Assembly: GCA_947629765.1 (NCBI GenBank) | Contig: CANREW010000001.1 | Coordinates: forward strand, 29,442 to 93,441 | From: an uncultured Clostridia bacterium | Lineage (GTDB): Bacteria > Bacillota > Clostridia > TANB77 > CAG-508 | Direction of reading: 5' to 3' | DNA: 64,000 bases | In this document: positions 58,975 to 64,000 of the stretch, one piece after another | Layout of the letters: the number at the start of each line of letters is the position of its first letter | Numbering within the stretch: position 1 is the stretch's first letter | Program-made: the position numbers and the translations under genes | Notes under the pieces: model-generated | Told to the model about the DNA's origin: nothing | The model's database searches: none | Seen by the model: only the letters and a program-made list of their open reading frames with translations

Positions 58975-61548
58975 ATGTATTTGTTCAATAAAATAACAGT
59001 AAATCCACAATTACCAAAAAGAATAGAAAAACTTTCAGTTGTAGCAAATAATCTTTGGTGGTCTTGGAATTCTGATTTTCTAAAATTATTAAAAACGATT
59101 GATGTAGACTTATGGGAAAATATCGGAAAAAATCCAGTTAAATTCTTAAAGATGGTATCACAAGAAAAATTAGAAGAATATGCTAAAAATTCTGATTTTC
59201 TAAAAGAATATGATAGAGTTATCGGAAATTTTGAAGCATATATGGATAGCAAAAATACTTTATTTTCAAAAAAATTTCCTGAGAATAAAAATGATTTAAT
59301 TGCATATTTTTCAGCTGAATATGGACTTGACGAAACAGTTCCTATTTATTCAGGAGGTCTTGGAATACTTTCAGGTGACCATTTAAAATCAGCAAGTGAT
59401 TTAGGAATTCCACTAGTTGGAGTTGGACTTTTATATAGAAAAGGATTCTTCCATCAAGTAATAAATAGAGAAGGAAGACAAGAAAATGTATATAAAGATA
59501 TAGAATTAGAAAATCTTCCAATTACTCCAGTAAAAGATGAAAAAGGTAATGATTTAATAATAGATTCTAGAATACAAAGAAAGAGACTATACTTAAAAGT
59601 TTGGCAAATAAATGTAGGAAGAGTAAAGCTATATCTTTTAGATTCAGATATAGATGAAAATACTGACCCAGAATTTAGAGAGATAACCCAAGTTTTATAT
59701 GGTGGAGACCAAGAAACCAGAATAAGACAAGAGATAGTTCTTGGAATGGCTGGAACAAATTTATTAGATAGGTTAGGTTTAAAGCCAACAGTATATCATA
59801 TGAACGAAGGACATTCTGCATTTATGCTTCTTGAGCTTGCAAGAAAGCTAGTAGAAGAAAAAGAAATTTCTTTTAGAAATGCAATGACAATAGTTTCTTC
59901 TAAGACTGTATTTACAACACATACACCAGTTCCAGCAGGAAATGATATATTCCCAGTAGATTTAATGGAAAAATATTTTAAAAACTTCTGGCCAAGACTT
60001 GGAATAGAAAGAGAAGAATTTTTAAGGCTTGGAATGAATCCAAGAGAAGAAATGGAACCAGGATTTAATATGGGAATATTTGCCCTAAAAATTGCAGGAA
60101 AGAAAAATGGCGTTAGTAAACTTCATGGCGGAGTTTCGAGAGAATTATTTGGAGATGTTTGGCCAGAAATTGCAGCAAATGAATCTCCAATCACATATGT
60201 AACAAACGGTGTACATACATGTTCTTGGCTTGCACCTTCAATGAAAGAGTTATACAATAAATACTTAATGCCATATTGGCAAGATAATATTCACTTAGAA
60301 AGCACTTGGAAAAGAATAAATAATATACCTGATAAAGAATTATGGGATGCACATTATCAAAGAAAAGTTAAATTAATGAAACTAGTTAGAGAAAATACGA
60401 TAGAAAGACTTAGAAGAAATGGTGTAAGATATGAAGAAATAATGGAGATAGTTTCTAAGTTAAATCCAGATATATTAACTATAGGATTTGCTAGAAGATT
60501 TGCAACTTACAAAAGAGCTACATTAATATTTAGGGACTTAGAGAGAATAACTGAAATATTAAACAATACAAGCACACCAGTTCAAATAATATTTGCAGGA
60601 AAAGCACATCCACATGACATAGAAGGACAAGAATTAATAAGACAAATACACGAAATCTCTATGAAACCACAATTTAAAGGAAAGATTTTCCTATTAGAAG
60701 ATTACGATATAGCTATGTCAAGACATCTAGTAAGTGGTGTTGATGTTTGGCTAAATAACCCAAGGAGACCAATGGAAGCATCAGGAACTAGTGGACAAAA
60801 AGCTGCTATCAATGGAGTAATTAATTTTTCTATATTAGATGGATGGTGGGTAGAAGGATATAACAAAGAAAACGGATGGATAATTGGTAAAAACCAAGAT
60901 TATGATTCATATAGTTTGCAAGATGATGAGGATTGCCAAAGCATTTATAACACTATTGAAAATAAGATTATACCTACTTATTATAATAAAGAACAAGGAG
61001 AAAATTTCTCTAGAGAATGGGTAAAGATAATGAAAAATTCTATCACATCTAATGGTTGGCAATATAGCACAGCAAGAATGTTATTAGAATACACGGAAAA
61101 GTTATATTTACCTTTATGTAATCTTTATAATAAATATTATTCAGATTTAGAAAATGTTGCAAAATTAAATGCTTGGATAGATGAAATAAAAAATAGATGG
61201 GATAAAATTAAAATTACTCAATTAAATAATCTTAACAATGTTACAATAGATGCAGGAAATAATATTGAAGTAAGATGCAAAGTAGATATGCAAAATATTA
61301 ATCCAGAAAATATTTCTGTACAAGTTTATTCCGGAAAAGTTTTAGATAATGGAATATTAGAAGATATAAAAATTACAGAAATGGAAAGAATAGATAAAGA
61401 TTCAGACGAGTACAAGGCAAAAATCGAATTAACAACCGGCGGAAATTACGGATATACATTTAGAGTAATGCCAAAACATGAGATGGTTCTTGATGTACAA
61501 AATCTAAATTTAGTAAAATGGATAACTTCAAACATGGAAGAAAATTAA
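58975..61548 (+). CDS. glgP: alpha-glucan family phosphorylase (GT35)
   Basis: 857 aa. ...YFSAEYGLDETVPIYSGGLGILSGDHLKSASDLGIPLVGVGLLYRKGFFHQ... Confidence 0.85.
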   Translation: MYLFNKITVNPQLPKRIEKLSVVANNLWWSWNSDFLKLLKTIDVDLWENIGKNPVKFLKMVSQEKLEEYAKNSDFLKEYDRVIGNFEAYMDSKNTLFSKKFPENKNDLIAYFSAEYGLDETVPIYSGGLGILSGDHLKSASDLGIPLVGVGLLYRKGFFHQVINREGRQENVYKDIELENLPITPVKDEKGNDLIIDSRIQRKRLYLKVWQINVGRVKLYLLDSDIDENTDPEFREITQVLYGGDQETRIRQEIVLGMAGTNLLDRLGLKPTVYHMNEGHSAFMLLELARKLVEEKEISFRNAMTIVSSKTVFTTHTPVPAGNDIFPVDLMEKYFKNFWPRLGIEREEFLRLGMNPREEMEPGFNMGIFALKIAGKKNGVSKLHGGVSRELFGDVWPEIAANESPITYVTNGVHTCSWLAPSMKELYNKYLMPYWQDNIHLESTWKRINNIPDKELWDAHYQRKVKLMKLVRENTIERLRRNGVRYEEIMEIVSKLNPDILTIGFARRFATYKRATLIFRDLERITEILNNTSTPVQIIFAGKAHPHDIEGQELIRQIHEISMKPQFKGKIFLLEDYDIAMSRHLVSGVDVWLNNPRRPMEASGTSGQKAAINGVINFSILDGWWVEGYNKENGWIIGKNQDYDSYSLQDDEDCQSIYNTIENKIIPTYYNKEQGENFSREWVKIMKNSITSNGWQYSTARMLLEYTEKLYLPLCNLYNKYYSDLENVAKLNAWIDEIKNRWDKIKITQLNNLNNVTIDAGNNIEVRCKVDMQNINPENISVQVYSGKVLDNGILEDIKITEMERIDKDSDEYKAKIELTTGGNYGYTFRVMPKHEMVLDVQNLNLVKWITSNMEEN

Positions 61549-61626
61549 AAAAAATTTGTAAAACTATTGCAAATTATATGAGAAAACATATATAATAATG
61601 TCATAAAACAAATGAAAATATAAGGA

Positions 61627-61974
61627 GTGATAAATATGCTAATAATTGATCTAACTCAACCATTAAACACATTTTTATGTATAGCAGTTATGATTGGCCT
61701 AGTATTTTTAGGCCATGAATTAAAAAATTCAATACCACCAGCTATTGCACTAGGATTATCAGTTTTATTAATTGTAATACATGCAGTTCAATTATACGTA
61801 TTTACAGATACATATATAGCTTATGTTTCTGCGTTATCATCATCTTTAATATATGATTTCGCAATGATTTTAGTAAGCTATTTAGCTTACCTTTGGATAG
61901 ATGATATAGAAGCAAAATATAAAAATAAAAAAAGTCTAGATGATAGTCTAGAATGGTTCTGGAAGAAGGTATAA
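61627..61974 (+). CDS. small integral membrane protein
   Basis: 115 aa, 3 TM helices. AAGGAG RBS. Confidence 0.4.
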   Translation: MINMLIIDLTQPLNTFLCIAVMIGLVFLGHELKNSIPPAIALGLSVLLIVIHAVQLYVFTDTYIAYVSALSSSLIYDFAMILVSYLAYLWIDDIEAKYKNKKSLDDSLEWFWKKV

Positions 61975-61998
61975 GCTTTATAAGAAAGGACATTTTAA

Positions 61999-63588
<1,590 letters not shown>

Positions 63589-63700
63589 ATATTGCCAAAA
63601 TACTATTGTAAGTAACAGGGCAATAATATTTATTTAATTGAAAAATAAATATTATTGCCCTTTTTAAATAAAATATATGAAATAAAGGATGGAACTATAT

Positions 63701-64000
63701 ATGGGAAAATTAGTAGTAATAGATGGAACTGATGGAAGCGGAAAACAAACTCAGCTTGAAATATTAGAAAAGAATTTGCAAAGAGAAAATATAGATTATA
63801 GGAAAGTGAGTTTTCCAAACTATGATTCACCTTCATCTAGTTTAGTAAAAATGTATTTATCAGGTGAATTCGGAAAAGATGCAAAAGCAATTAGCCCATA
63901 TATTGCATCAACTTTTTATGCAGCTGACAGATATGCTACATACAAAAAAGATTTAGAGGAATATTACGAAAATGGAGGATTAATATTAGCAGACAGATAT
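63701..64000 (+). CDS. tmk: thymidylate kinase (5' part; runs off the window end)
   Basis: MGKLVVIDGTDGSGKQTQLEILEKNL... P-loop. A terminator hairpin (gggcaataatatt...aatattattgccc ttttt) lies upstream. Confidence 0.85.
   Translation, partial: MGKLVVIDGTDGSGKQTQLEILEKNLQRENIDYRKVSFPNYDSPSSSLVKMYLSGEFGKDAKAISPYIASTFYAADRYATYKKDLEEYYENGGLILADRY

Overview
This window is a low-GC (about 28-30%) Firmicute chromosomal segment that looks Clostridium-like. It is dominated by conserved housekeeping operons on the + strand, interrupted by a few accessory items and two GC-rich islands.

Gene content, in order:
- U32 peptidase (- strand, partial), a small Gly/Cys-rich peptide, and a GC-rich ORF of unknown function.
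- deoD, ppaC, pgi.
- A zinc-ribbon protein, a DUF1540 protein, and an RluA-family pseudouridine synthase (- strand).
- A membrane-anchored TPR protein, uppP, upp, and a transketolase N-terminal subunit.
- pyrG, then groES and groEL (with a CIRCE operator), then a DUF4258/YgiT-type toxin-antitoxin-like pair.
- rimP, nusA, ylxR, ylxQ, infB, rbfA, nrnA, truB.
- A coiled-coil repeat protein, a DUF360-like membrane protein and a DUF421 protein.
- lysS, an ECF S-component-like protein with a DUF1893 protein.
- A surface cluster: glucosaminidase autolysin with dockerin-like repeats and SH3b, a cadherin-like surface protein, an LPXTG protein and a sortase.
- A GC-rich foreign ORF, then birA, fabD, fabG, fabF, accB, fabZ, accC, accD, accA, fabI.
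- A GNAT remnant, a Bro-N (DinD-like) protein, rbgA, mini-RNase III, and tRNA-Glu(CUC).
- hrcA (with CIRCE), grpE, dnaK, an inserted unknown ORF, dnaJ.
- A (CA)n repeat upstream of a prepilin-like/FGE-sulfatase fusion protein.
- pfkA, argS, an LCP-family protein, an alpha-glucan phosphorylase, metG, and tmk (partial).

The main anomaly is 13 single-C insertions that sit at a codon boundary immediately 5' of an in-frame glycine codon (GGA twelve times, GGT once). Each creates an in-frame CGG codon and interrupts a conserved, often essential gene: ppaC, an RluA-family synthase, tkt, pyrG, rimP, ylxQ (twice), truB (twice), the DUF421 protein, rbgA, argS, and probably the TM-TPR protein. Skipping the C restores the textbook protein sequence every time. 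In my manual scan I found no in-frame CGG in intact native genes; CGG appears as a sense codon only in the two GC-rich islands. This is either a systematic indel artifact or a candidate genome-wide +1 recoding event at a hungry CGG codon.

Two structured intergenic repeat families are also present. Family A (about 130 nt, 2 copies) flanks deoD-ppaC-pgi. Family B (about 125 nt, 3 copies) sits inside terminator hairpin loops twice and inside the groES-groEL spacer once.
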